Shown piece by piece: positions 6,927-16,292 of a stretch of 64,000 nt of DNA. This DNA is from an uncultured bacterium (GTDB lineage: Bacteria > Patescibacteriota > Minisyncoccia > Moranbacterales > UBA2206): positions 77,249 through 141,248 of the forward strand of contig CAIKZD010000017.1 of assembly GCA_903831805.1 (NCBI GenBank). The letters run 5' to 3'. The notes beneath the pieces were generated by a model. That model made no database searches, was not told where the DNA came from, and was given only the letters and a program-made list of their open reading frames with translations. Every line of letters starts with the position of its first letter. Positions within the stretch are counted from its first letter, which is position 1. A program made the translations under genes and the position numbers.

Positions 6927-9509
6927 ATGGAAGAAAACGCTAAATACAACCCTAATGAAATCGAGGCCAAATGGCAGAAATTTTGGCTTGAAAAAGGGAT
7001 TTCTCTGATAGATAAGGATGATGTGACCAAAGAGAAATTCTATATTTTGGATATGTTTCCCTATCCGTCGGGGGCGGGGTTGCATATGGGGCACACTGAG
7101 AGCTATACGGCTAGTGATGCGGTTTATCGCTATAAGAAACTGCAGGGGTTCAATGTGCTGCATCCACAAGGTTTTGACGCTTTTGGGTTGCCAGCGGAAA
7201 ATTACGCCATCAAGACTGGCATTTCGCCGGTGGAAACGACTAAAATAAATATAATCAATTATATCCGGCAGATGCAGTCTTTGGGTTTCGCCTATGATTT
7301 TTCTGAGCAGGCAGTGACGTGCGATCCGGAATATTATAAGTGGACGCAATGGATCTTTGGAGAATTTTTCAAGCAGGGGTTGGTGTACAAAAAAACATCC
7401 AAGACTAATTGGTGTCCTTCGTGTCAAACGGTGATTGCCAATGAACAGGTAGTGGATGGCAAATGCGAAAGATGCGGGACAGAAATCGAACAAAAAGAAG
7501 TGCCGAGTTGGTTTTTTAAAATTACGGATTTTGCCGAAGAACTTATTAATGGTTTGGACAATGTTGATTGGCCTGAATATACCAAGAAGAATCAGAAAAA
7601 TTGGATAGGGAAAAGTGAAGGAGTGACGGTGAAGTTTCAAATTATGCCCTCTCCTGTCCGGAGTACCGGACATCCTCTCCCGAGTACAGGAGAGGATGAA
7701 TGTATTGAAGTTTTTACGACTCGGGTGGATACGATTTTCGGTTGCACCTATGTCGTTCTGGCGCCGGAGAATGAATTGGTTTCTGTGTTGAAGGAACAAT
7801 GCGAGAATAAGGATGAAATAGAAAAATATATCGAGCAGGCGAAAAACAAGACTGAACTGAATCGGATGGAGGCCAAGGAAAAAACCGGCGTGGAGCTGAA
7901 AGGCGTGCGAGCCATCAATCCGTTCAACGATGAAAACGTCCCTGTTTATATTGCGGACTATGTCTTAGCAAGCTATGGCACCGGTGCAGTGATGGCCGTG
8001 CCGGTGCATGACGAACGGGATTGGGAGTTTGCGGATAACCACAATTTGCCGAAAAAAGGCGTTATTATTCCTAGACCTATAAAATCAGGCTTACTCATCG
8101 GTGATGAAATTGATAATGTCGATGAGTCGTATGAACATTTTGACAATTACGCAAATAAAAAAAAGGATAATATTAGAAAAGGCATAGAAATTTTTGTTGA
8201 AGACGGGACCGTAATTGATTCCGGAGAGTTTAATAAATTAAATTCTGACGAGGCGCGGGAAAAAATGGCGGTGTGGCTGGAAGAAAAAAAGCTGGGCAAG
8301 AAAATCGTGAATTATCGTTTGCGGGATTGGTCTATTTCACGGCAACGTTATTGGGGCTGTCCGATCCCGATTGTCTATTCGCCGGACGGTGAAGCGCATC
8401 TGGTGCCGGAAGAGCATCTGCCATGGAAACTGCCAATGGACGTGGACTTTGTGCCGACTGGTATTTCACCTTTGGCCAAATCCGCGGAACTGAAAAAACG
8501 TACGGAAGAAATTTTTGGAGCGGGTTGGACTGCGGAATATGACACGATGGACACCTTTGTCGATTCATCGTGGTATTTTTTGCGTTATCCTGATGCGCAT
8601 AATGACCAAGAATTCTGTTCCAAAGAGAGGCTGAAAAAATGGTTGCCGGTAGACGTGTATATCGGCGGCGCGGAACACACCTACATGCATCTTTTGTTTG
8701 CTAGATTTTTCGTGAAAGCCATGCATCGGATCGGCATTCTTGATTTTGACGAACCGTTTTTGAAGTTGCGGCATCAGGGGATGGTATTGGATAAGGAAGG
8801 AAAAAAGATGTCAAAGTCCAAGGGGAACGTTATCAACCCGGATGATATGGTGGCAAAATTTGGGGCAGACAGTGTGCGGACCTATATGCTTTTTGCGACG
8901 CCACTGGAAGATGCGGTGATGTGGAATGAGAATAATATTGTCGGAGTGAGGAGGTTTTTGGAGAAAGTTTGGAAATTGCAATACAAAATTACAAATTACA
9001 AATTACAAATTACAAATAAAATCCAAAATCCAAATGATCAAAATAAAAAACTAGTTTCGCTCATTAATAAAACGATCAAAAAAGTCGGGGAGGACATTGA
9101 AAATTTCCGGTTCAATACGGCAGTGAGTCAGTTGATGATACTCGTGAATGAGATGGAAAAACAGACAGAAATAGTCGCTGCTGATTATGAAAAATTACTG
9201 CTTTTGCTAGCGTCTTTCGCGCCGCATATTGCGGAGGAAATTTTCCAAAAAGTTTTGGGTCACGAGGAATCAATATTTTTGCAGAAGTGGCCAGAGTTTG
9301 AGGAAGCGTTGACCAAAGACGAAACAATAAATCTAGTATTGCAAGTGAATGGCAAGGTGCGTGATATGGTATCAGTAGGCGCGGACATTGCAGAAGAGGA
9401 GGCGAAAAAAATCGCGCTGGTCAGTGAGAAAATCCAAAAGCATATCGGCGGCAAAGAGGTCAAGAAAATTATTTTTGTTCCAGGTAAATTGGTTAATATT
9501 GTAATCTAA
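6927..9509 (+). CDS. leuS: Leucine--tRNA ligase
   Basis: MFPYPSGAGLHMGH, LRDWSISRQRYWGCPIP, DTMDTFVDSSWY, KMSKSKGN. Confidence 0.98.
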   Translation: MEENAKYNPNEIEAKWQKFWLEKGISLIDKDDVTKEKFYILDMFPYPSGAGLHMGHTESYTASDAVYRYKKLQGFNVLHPQGFDAFGLPAENYAIKTGISPVETTKINIINYIRQMQSLGFAYDFSEQAVTCDPEYYKWTQWIFGEFFKQGLVYKKTSKTNWCPSCQTVIANEQVVDGKCERCGTEIEQKEVPSWFFKITDFAEELINGLDNVDWPEYTKKNQKNWIGKSEGVTVKFQIMPSPVRSTGHPLPSTGEDECIEVFTTRVDTIFGCTYVVLAPENELVSVLKEQCENKDEIEKYIEQAKNKTELNRMEAKEKTGVELKGVRAINPFNDENVPVYIADYVLASYGTGAVMAVPVHDERDWEFADNHNLPKKGVIIPRPIKSGLLIGDEIDNVDESYEHFDNYANKKKDNIRKGIEIFVEDGTVIDSGEFNKLNSDEAREKMAVWLEEKKLGKKIVNYRLRDWSISRQRYWGCPIPIVYSPDGEAHLVPEEHLPWKLPMDVDFVPTGISPLAKSAELKKRTEEIFGAGWTAEYDTMDTFVDSSWYFLRYPDAHNDQEFCSKERLKKWLPVDVYIGGAEHTYMHLLFARFFVKAMHRIGILDFDEPFLKLRHQGMVLDKEGKKMSKSKGNVINPDDMVAKFGADSVRTYMLFATPLEDAVMWNENNIVGVRRFLEKVWKLQYKITNYKLQITNKIQNPNDQNKKLVSLINKTIKKVGEDIENFRFNTAVSQLMILVNEMEKQTEIVAADYEKLLLLLASFAPHIAEEIFQKVLGHEESIFLQKWPEFEEALTKDETINLVLQVNGKVRDMVSVGADIAEEEAKKIALVSEKIQKHIGGKEVKKIIFVPGKLVNIVI
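7647..7698. repeat. CCCTCTCC...GGAGAGG-type palindrome in frame in leuS
   Basis: Hairpins tgtccgg-agta-ccggaca and catcctctcc-N8-ggagaggatg. Confidence 0.7.
8986..9020 (+). repeat. (AAATTAC)4-AAATAAA heptamer array in frame in leuS
   Basis: Identical 35 nt at 46531-46565 in mnmA. Confidence 0.92.
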
Positions 9510-9515
9510 AAAACT

Positions 9516-10196
9516 ATGCAAGCAGTCATTCTCGCGGCGGGCAAGGGGAAGCGGATGGGGAAGCTGACGGTGGCGGAGACTTCGCTGATGCTGAAAATCA
9601 AAGGCAAGCCGCTTTTGGAATATAAGATTAAGGCGTTGCCGAAAAAGATCAAAGAGGTGATTTTTGTGGTGGGGTATCACAGCATGCACATCATTTCTCA
9701 TTTCAAACATCACTATGATGGCCGGCGGATGATCTATGTTTTGCAAAGCAACTTGAATGGTACCGGCGGAGCCTTGCATCTGGCTAAAAGCATTCTCAAG
9801 GATAAATTTTTAGTGATCATGGGAGATGATCTATATCATAAAAAAGATTTGGAAGAAATGCTGGCCTATGACTTGGCGATTATGGGGCACGCCGTGACTG
9901 ACCCCAGTCTCTTTGGAATGATTAAGGATGATGGTCATGGCCTGATGCTGGACGTCATTGAAAAACCCCAAACCTCGCGCCATAAATTGGCCAACGTCGG
10001 CGTGTATATGTTGAACCGGGATTTTTTCGAATATGAGCTGGTACCGGTGGGGAACGGAGAATTCGGTTTGCCCCAAACATTGGCAGCGATGGCGGCGCAG
10101 CATAAGATAAAAATCCATAAAGCGCGGGCGTGGCATCCGATCGGGAGCCAGGAAGATTTGAAACGCGCCGAAGAGCTTATCCAAACTTTCTTATGA
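9516..10196 (+). CDS. Sugar-phosphate nucleotidyltransferase (NTP_transferase/GlmU N-terminal-like)
   Basis: AVILAAGKGKRM, GTGGAL, FLVIMGDD. Confidence 0.85.
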   Translation: MQAVILAAGKGKRMGKLTVAETSLMLKIKGKPLLEYKIKALPKKIKEVIFVVGYHSMHIISHFKHHYDGRRMIYVLQSNLNGTGGALHLAKSILKDKFLVIMGDDLYHKKDLEEMLAYDLAIMGHAVTDPSLFGMIKDDGHGLMLDVIEKPQTSRHKLANVGVYMLNRDFFEYELVPVGNGEFGLPQTLAAMAAQHKIKIHKARAWHPIGSQEDLKRAEELIQTFL

Positions 10197-11218
10197 GCAC
10201 TAAAAACGTCGTCACTATCGGCGGAGGGACCGGCAGTTTCACCCTTCTCTCAGGTCTCAAAAAATATCCGATCAACATTGCGGCTATTGTGTCGATGGCC
10301 GATGATGGCGGTTCGACCGGCGTCTTGCGCGATGAACTCGGGGTGTTGCCACCGGGAGACGTGCGGCAATGTCTGGTGGCACTCTCGGAATCGTCGGAGA
10401 CGCTGCGAAAATTGATGACGTATCGCTTTGAAAAGGGCGGCCTTAAAGGACATAATTTCGGTAATTTGTTTTTGTCCGCTTTGGAAAAAACCGAAGGCGG
10501 GTTCACCCAAGGGGTGGAAGAGGCGGCCAAAATTTTAAACGTGAAAGGGGAAGTCATTCCGGTGACTAAGCAAGACACTAATTTATATCTGCTGCTAAAA
10601 AATGGCAAACTGCTTTCCGGCGAAGAGCAGATCAATCATAATTTTGAAATTGAAAAAGCGGGCATTGCTAAAAACTATTTGCAGCCGCGCGCCGTGGCTA
10701 ACCCGAAAGCTATTGAAAAAATCTTAGCCGCCGACCTGATTGTTATCGGGCCGGGCAATCACTATTGCAGCATCATGCCTAATTTTCTGGTAAAAGGCAT
10801 TGCGGACGCAATTTGTAAATCCAAGGCTAAGGTAGTGTATAACTGCAATCTGGTCAATAAGAAAGGCCATACGGAAAAGTTCACACTAGATGACTATATA
10901 CGTTCGTTGGATAAATATCTGCCGGCGAAAAGGATTGATTTCGTCACTTTTAATGCGACCAAGCCGAATGAGAGTTTGATCCGGAAATATGAAGGGCAGC
11001 GTGCGCTTTTGATTAAATTCAGAGAGAGTGATGAAGAAAGAAGTTATCGCGTAGTGCGGACCGATCTTTTGAGTAAGATAAAACCGAGGTACAGCGCGGC
11101 GGATGTGACCGCTCCGCACCGCGCTTTTATCCGGCATGACAGTGAAAAATTAGCCAAGACCTTGATGATGATTATGGAACTGGGGGAATATGAGAATATA
11201 ATCCGGGATATAATCTAG
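10193..11218 (+). CDS. yvcK: YvcK/CofD-like UDP-GlcNAc-binding protein
   Basis: ATG at 10193 overlaps the upstream stop; IGGGTG, DDGGSTGVLRDELGVLPPGDVRQCL, GHNFGNL. Confidence 0.93.
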   Translation: MSTKNVVTIGGGTGSFTLLSGLKKYPINIAAIVSMADDGGSTGVLRDELGVLPPGDVRQCLVALSESSETLRKLMTYRFEKGGLKGHNFGNLFLSALEKTEGGFTQGVEEAAKILNVKGEVIPVTKQDTNLYLLLKNGKLLSGEEQINHNFEIEKAGIAKNYLQPRAVANPKAIEKILAADLIVIGPGNHYCSIMPNFLVKGIADAICKSKAKVVYNCNLVNKKGHTEKFTLDDYIRSLDKYLPAKRIDFVTFNATKPNESLIRKYEGQRALLIKFRESDEERSYRVVRTDLLSKIKPRYSAADVTAPHRAFIRHDSEKLAKTLMMIMELGEYENIIRDII

Positions 11219-11227
11219 GTTAGCTAC

Positions 11228-11557
11228 ATGGATATTCGCGCCATTAAAAATGATCGGGTGTATTTTTGGACCAACCACGCCAAGTATAAATTATTGCAAT
11301 ATGGGCTGAGCCCGACGGCTATCAAAAATGTTATGCGGCGGCCGGAAAGGACGGAAGAAGGCATTGCGCCGGAGACGACTGCGGTGATGCGGCGGAAAGA
11401 TGGCAAAAAAGTGAAGCGGGAGATTTGGGTGATGTATCAGAAGTCCGGGATTAAGAAGAAAATTATTTCGGCCTGGATCTATCCGGGAGTCAGTCCGCAA
11501 GATAGGGAAATTTTCGTGCCAGAAGAAGTGTGGGCGGCGTTGAGTAATTTAGAATAA
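11228..11557 (+). CDS. Small conserved hypothetical protein (DUF4258/BrnT-like pattern)
   Basis: WTNHAKYKL...EIWVMYQ...KIISAW pattern; in operon context. Confidence 0.6.
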   Translation: MDIRAIKNDRVYFWTNHAKYKLLQYGLSPTAIKNVMRRPERTEEGIAPETTAVMRRKDGKKVKREIWVMYQKSGIKKKIISAWIYPGVSPQDREIFVPEEVWAALSNLE

Positions 11558-11567
11558 AAATAAAAAA

Positions 11568-13034
11568 ATGGAAAATAAAAATATTCAGAAAATATCCCAA
11601 GAAAAATTTTTTACTTTGTCGGAATTCCGCCATCGAGTCGGCATCCCTCTCATTATGGCCAAAAAGTTAGTCATGTGGGGCGAGGTTGAAGCGGTGCGGG
11701 CCATTGACGGCACATGGCTCATTGCAGAAACGGAAGTGGTGAAAGTGGCGGAGCTGATCAAAAATCCTTGGAAAAAAATGTACTTTTTCTTTCGCGCCTT
11801 AGGGCCGGGCGTGATTACCGGTGCTTCGGATGATGATCCGAGCGGCATTGGGACCTATTCTTCCGTGGGAGCGCAATTCGGTTTGGGACTTTTATGGATG
11901 GCGGCCTGGATCCTGCCGATGATGATGGCCATCCAAGAAGCGTGCGCGCGGATTGGGATTGTGACCAATCGAGGACTAGCCGGCGTTTTGCAGAAGCACT
12001 ATAGACGCAAAGTGATGGTGGGCATCGTTTCCATCCTTATCCTGGCCAACGTCATCAATATTGGAGCGGATTTGGGTGCGATGGCTAAATCTTTGCAGAT
12101 GCTCATGCATGTCAATTTTTATCTGGCCGCTATCGCCTTTGCGGCGGTCATTATTTTCCTAGAAGTTTTTGTGGGCTATCACACGTATGTCAAAATTTTA
12201 AAATGGTTGGCAATTTCAGTTTTGGCTTATGTGGTAACTGGCATTATTATTAAACCTGATTGGCATGCCGTCCTGGTGGCCACAATTATTCCGAAGATGA
12301 ATTTCAGTCGAGAATATTTGTTTGCGATCGTGGCGGTGTTCGGTACTAGTATCACACCCTACTTGTTTTTTTGGCAGACTTCGGAAGAGGTGGAAGAGAA
12401 CAAAAAAGACAAAAAAATCTTTCGCAGTTTGCATCAGAAAGATGACCGCACGATGGTCAACCGGATTGCCAAAATGCGCACAGACGTCGGCACTGGCATG
12501 ATCTTGGCGAATGTCGTGTTCTTTTTTATTGTTGTTACTACGGCGCAAGTTCTGTTCAAAAATGGCATTTTCAACGTGGATTCGCCGGAGCAAGCGGCTT
12601 TGGCACTTCGTCCGCTCGCCGGCGACTATGCTTATTTGATGTTTGCCTTCGGCATCATCGGGACCGGACTTTTGGCGGTGCCGATCCTGGCGGGCTCCGG
12701 CGCCTATGCCCTGTCTGAAACGATGAAATGGCAAGAAGGATTGGAAGAGAAATTTTCGCGGGCCAAAGGATTCTATCTGGTGATCATTGTTTCCATTCTG
12801 GTCGGACTGGCGCTGAATTTTTTCCATATCAATCCAATCGCGGCGCTCTACTATTCCGCATTTTTGAATGGCGTGATTTCTTTGCCGCTCCTGGTGGCCA
12901 TCATGATCGTGAGTGATGACAAGAAAATCATGGGCCGCGAAAGCAACCCCATGTGGGTCAGAATTTTTGGTTGGTTCGCCGTAGTCTTCATTGCCGGCGT
13001 GCTCACTCTCTCTGGCATATTATATTTCACTTAA
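11568..13034 (+). CDS. NRAMP-family divalent metal transporter with an N-terminal HTH-like extension
   Basis: LGPGVITGASDDDPSGIGTYS, GTSITPYLFFWQ, multiple TM helices. Confidence 0.88.
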   Translation: MENKNIQKISQEKFFTLSEFRHRVGIPLIMAKKLVMWGEVEAVRAIDGTWLIAETEVVKVAELIKNPWKKMYFFFRALGPGVITGASDDDPSGIGTYSSVGAQFGLGLLWMAAWILPMMMAIQEACARIGIVTNRGLAGVLQKHYRRKVMVGIVSILILANVINIGADLGAMAKSLQMLMHVNFYLAAIAFAAVIIFLEVFVGYHTYVKILKWLAISVLAYVVTGIIIKPDWHAVLVATIIPKMNFSREYLFAIVAVFGTSITPYLFFWQTSEEVEENKKDKKIFRSLHQKDDRTMVNRIAKMRTDVGTGMILANVVFFFIVVTTAQVLFKNGIFNVDSPEQAALALRPLAGDYAYLMFAFGIIGTGLLAVPILAGSGAYALSETMKWQEGLEEKFSRAKGFYLVIIVSILVGLALNFFHINPIAALYYSAFLNGVISLPLLVAIMIVSDDKKIMGRESNPMWVRIFGWFAVVFIAGVLTLSGILYFT

Positions 13035-13094
13035 TAGCTTTTTAATCCAGAACATCATTGCCAGATCCATCTCCTTGGGGTAAGATTATAGTCT

Positions 13095-14129
13095 ATGAAT
13101 ATTACTAAATTGGAAAAATTTTTAGGAGAAAATGGGCAGCCGAAATTCCGCCTAGAACAGCTCAAAAAAGCCATTTTTAAGGAAGCTGTGGCCAGTTTTT
13201 CAGAAATTTCCACACTGAGCAAAGACTTGCGCGATGAGTTGGAAAAAGAAATGAAAATCTTGTCTTTTTCTGTGGAAAAAGTCTTAGTGGCCAAAGACAA
13301 GAAATCTATGAAAGCTCTTTTGAAATTGAACGATGGCAATCTGATTGAGACAGTCTTGCTTTCTCCGCTGGAAAATACTTGGTCGGTGTGTGTTTCCTCG
13401 CAAGTGGGCTGCCCGCTGGGGTGTGAATTTTGCTCTACCGGCCGCTCGGGTTTCAAGCGTAATCTGACCGCGGAAGAAATAACGGATCAAGTTTTGTTTT
13501 GGAAACAATGGCTGAAAAATAATTTTGAATTTAAAATTAAAAATTACGACGTTAGCAAAGTCGTCTATATGGGGATGGGGGAACCGTTTTTAAATTGGGA
13601 ACAGGTGAAAAAAAGCTTGACGGATCTGACCGATCCGAAATTATTCGGCTTTGGCGCGCGCAGTCTATCTGTTTCCACGGCGGGCATTCCCGAAGGGATT
13701 GCCAAGATGGCCGAGGATTTTCCTCAGATAAATTTAGCATTGTCACTGCATTTCGGCGTGGACGAAAAAAGAAGTGCCTGTATGCCAATCAATCGCCAAT
13801 ATGATTTAACTGAATTACGTGAAGCTTTGCAAAAATATTTTAAATTGTCCAATCGCCAAGTTTTTTTGGAATATGTCATGCTTGACGGAATAAACGACAG
13901 CCAAAAAGACGCGGAAGCGCTGGCACGCTTTGTGAAATCGATCGGAAAATTACAATTGCTGCACATCAATCTGATCCGCTACAACGCTACGGATGCGAAA
14001 TTCAAGGCTTCTTCCAAAGAGCATACGCTGAAATTAAAAAATTATTTATTAGATCAGAATTTGAGCGTAACCATTCGGAAAAGTTTGGGGGAAGAAATTC
14101 AAGGGGCATGCGGACAGTTGGCTGCATAA
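13095..14129 (+). CDS. rlmN: 23S rRNA m2A2503 radical SAM methyltransferase
   Basis: CVSSQVGCPLGCEFCSTG, MGMGEP, GACGQL. Confidence 0.96.
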   Translation: MNITKLEKFLGENGQPKFRLEQLKKAIFKEAVASFSEISTLSKDLRDELEKEMKILSFSVEKVLVAKDKKSMKALLKLNDGNLIETVLLSPLENTWSVCVSSQVGCPLGCEFCSTGRSGFKRNLTAEEITDQVLFWKQWLKNNFEFKIKNYDVSKVVYMGMGEPFLNWEQVKKSLTDLTDPKLFGFGARSLSVSTAGIPEGIAKMAEDFPQINLALSLHFGVDEKRSACMPINRQYDLTELREALQKYFKLSNRQVFLEYVMLDGINDSQKDAEALARFVKSIGKLQLLHINLIRYNATDAKFKASSKEHTLKLKNYLLDQNLSVTIRKSLGEEIQGACGQLAA

Positions 14130-14135
14130 AATTTT

Positions 14136-15995
14136 ATGAAAAAAAATCCTCAAAAATTATTGGACAAAATCAATTTGCCGGCGGACGTTCGGAAATTACA
14201 ACCGGCAGAATTGCCAGCACTGTGCCAAGAAGTGCGGCAGTTTTTGATCGATAGTGTGGCGACGACCGGTGGACATTTTGGTTCGAACTTGGGCGTGGTG
14301 GAATTGACGGTGGCTTTGCATTATGTTTTTGAAACCCCGAAAGATAAATTGATCTGGGACGTGGGGCATCAAAGTTATCCGCATAAAATTTTGACCGGGC
14401 GAAAAGACCGGATGTTTACGATTAGGAAAAAGGATGGTCTCGCACCTTTCCCGCGGCGAGAAGAAAGTGAATATGATGTTTTTAATGTAGGTCATTCCAG
14501 CACATCCATCGGGGCGGCGGCGGGGATGGCGATTGCTAATCAGAATCGAAAAAGTCCGGCGCAAGTAGTGGCCATTATTGGCGACGGTGCGCTGACCGGC
14601 GGCATGGCCCTGGAAGCGTTGAATCATGCCGGCGACGCGGCGTTGGATATACTAGTGATCTTAAATGACAATAAGATGTCCATTTCGCCGAACGTGGGCG
14701 GGATGGGCAAATATCTGACGCGGCTCATCTCCTCGCCGGCCTACGTGAAAACGCGAGCTAAGGGGCGGGAACTTTTCGAGGTGGCGCCGCGCCTCAAGAA
14801 AATTTTGATGCGCGCCGAGAGTCACACCAAGGGCATGATAGTGCCTGGCACATTATTTGAAGAATTGGGCTTTGAATATTATGGACCGATTGATGGGCAT
14901 GATGTTACCGCACTAGTGGAAGTGCTATCCAATCTGAAAAAGATCAAGGGGCCGAAATTTTTGCATATCATCACTAAGAAAGGCAAGGGCTATGCGCCGG
15001 CTGAAAAGGATCGTTTGAGTTTTCACGCCGTCAAACCGTTTGATCCGGTGACGGGCAAAAATATTCCCGGCAAGCAAAAAAGTTTGAGTTACACTGACAT
15101 TTTTTCACAGTGGATAGTTGTGAAAGCCAAAGCTGAAAAAAATCTGCACGCTGTTACGCCGGCCATGTGTCATGGTTCCGGTTTAGTAGAATTTAAGGAA
15201 AAATTTCCGGCGCGCTATCATGATGTCGGTATCGCGGAGCAACATGCTTTAATCTTGGCCGCCGGTTTGGCCGTGGCGGGGAAATTTCCGGTGGTGGCCA
15301 TCTATTCTTCTTTTTTGCAACGAGCCTATGACCAACTCATTCATGATATCGCACTGCAAAATCTGAATGTCCTTTTGGCTATTGATCGCGCGGGGATTGT
15401 CGGACCGGACGGCGCTACGCATGCCGGTAGTTTTGACCTGTCATTCATGCGCATCATTCCCAATCTCGTCATCATGGCGCCGAGCAACAAAAATGAATGT
15501 TACGCCATGCTGGAAGCCGGCTTTAATCATGCTGGACCGGCCGCAGTGCGCTATCCGCGCGGGGGAGATGAAGATGAATTTGATGAGAATAAAAATGAAA
15601 AAATCGAAATTGGGAAAGCTAAAATTCTGCGCACTGGAAAAAAGATAGTTATTCTAGCGTTTGGAGTCATGGTGGAAAGGTGCAAGTCAGTGGCCGAAAA
15701 TTTGGATGCTACTTTAGTCGATATGCGCTTTGTGAAACCCCTTGACGAAAAATTGTTACATGAATTAGCGAAGACGCATCAATATTTTGTGACCGTGGAA
15801 GATAATGCCGTGGCTGGCGGAGCGGGGAGTGCGGTGGCGGAATTTGTGGTGAATAATAAACTTGATGTCAAAGTAAAAAACTTGGGCTTGCCCGACGAAT
15901 TCCTGCCCCACGGCACGCGGGAAGAAATCCTGGCCGAAGCGGGGCTGTCGGGGGAGGGGATTGAAAGGGCAGTGAAAAAATATAATATATTTTAA
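14136..15995 (+). CDS. dxs: 1-deoxy-D-xylulose-5-phosphate synthase
   Basis: GGHFGSNLGVVEL, WDVGHQSYPHKILTGR, GDGALTGG, DVGIAEQHA, DRAGIVGPDGATH. Confidence 0.97.
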   Translation: MKKNPQKLLDKINLPADVRKLQPAELPALCQEVRQFLIDSVATTGGHFGSNLGVVELTVALHYVFETPKDKLIWDVGHQSYPHKILTGRKDRMFTIRKKDGLAPFPRREESEYDVFNVGHSSTSIGAAAGMAIANQNRKSPAQVVAIIGDGALTGGMALEALNHAGDAALDILVILNDNKMSISPNVGGMGKYLTRLISSPAYVKTRAKGRELFEVAPRLKKILMRAESHTKGMIVPGTLFEELGFEYYGPIDGHDVTALVEVLSNLKKIKGPKFLHIITKKGKGYAPAEKDRLSFHAVKPFDPVTGKNIPGKQKSLSYTDIFSQWIVVKAKAEKNLHAVTPAMCHGSGLVEFKEKFPARYHDVGIAEQHALILAAGLAVAGKFPVVAIYSSFLQRAYDQLIHDIALQNLNVLLAIDRAGIVGPDGATHAGSFDLSFMRIIPNLVIMAPSNKNECYAMLEAGFNHAGPAAVRYPRGGDEDEFDENKNEKIEIGKAKILRTGKKIVILAFGVMVERCKSVAENLDATLVDMRFVKPLDEKLLHELAKTHQYFVTVEDNAVAGGAGSAVAEFVVNNKLDVKVKNLGLPDEFLPHGTREEILAEAGLSGEGIERAVKKYNIF

Positions 15996-16006
15996 TGTGA
16001 ATTATT

Positions 16007-16219
16007 ATGGAAAGTGAAAAGGGATTTATGCCGATGTTACAATCGGATAGCAAGAAAAAAGGACGGAAGGTATGTGCGTGGTGCAATAAATATTTGGGCG
16101 AGTAGGAAGGGGAAGGTATTAGTCATGGGATGTGTGAAAAATGTTTCAATGAGGAGATGGAAAAAGAAGATAAAGCTTCTGCGAAGAATGAAAACGAAAA
16201 GTCATCTAGTGAAAAATAA
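16007..16219 (+). pseudogene. Small zinc-finger protein gene interrupted by an in-frame TAG (16103-16105)
   Basis: Hand translation: MESEKGFMPMLQSDSKKKGRKVCAWCNKYLGE*EGEGISHGMCEKCFNEEMEKEDKASAKNENEKSSSEK*. Confidence 0.7.
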
Positions 16220-16230
16220 TGTGCGTAGGA

Positions 16231-16258
16231 TTGTCAATTAAGGTAAAAAAGGTATAAT
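16231..16258 (+). promoter_or_regulatory. Sigma70-type promoter of the ABC operon
   Basis: TTGTCA-N16-TATAAT. Confidence 0.55.
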
Positions 16259-16292
16259 TAAGATAGCTAAGAAACAAAAGTAGAAGTACGGG

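Noticed and set aside
6903-7799. Long antisense ORFs (e.g. 298 aa opposite leuS, 233 aa opposite rel, 220 aa opposite the FtsA-like gene)
   Set aside because: They are shadows of well-conserved genes and have no recognisable motifs.
16103-16105. Genome-wide stop-codon reassignment (TAG or TGA read as sense)
   Set aside because: TAG ends parA, tyrS, rpsM, rplM and rpsI, and TGA ends hyfB and mnmA at the expected positions, so code 11 applies.
16014-16241. 75 aa ORF from the track
   Set aside because: It overlaps the Zn-finger frame, which has a far more protein-like motif; likely a shadow ORF.
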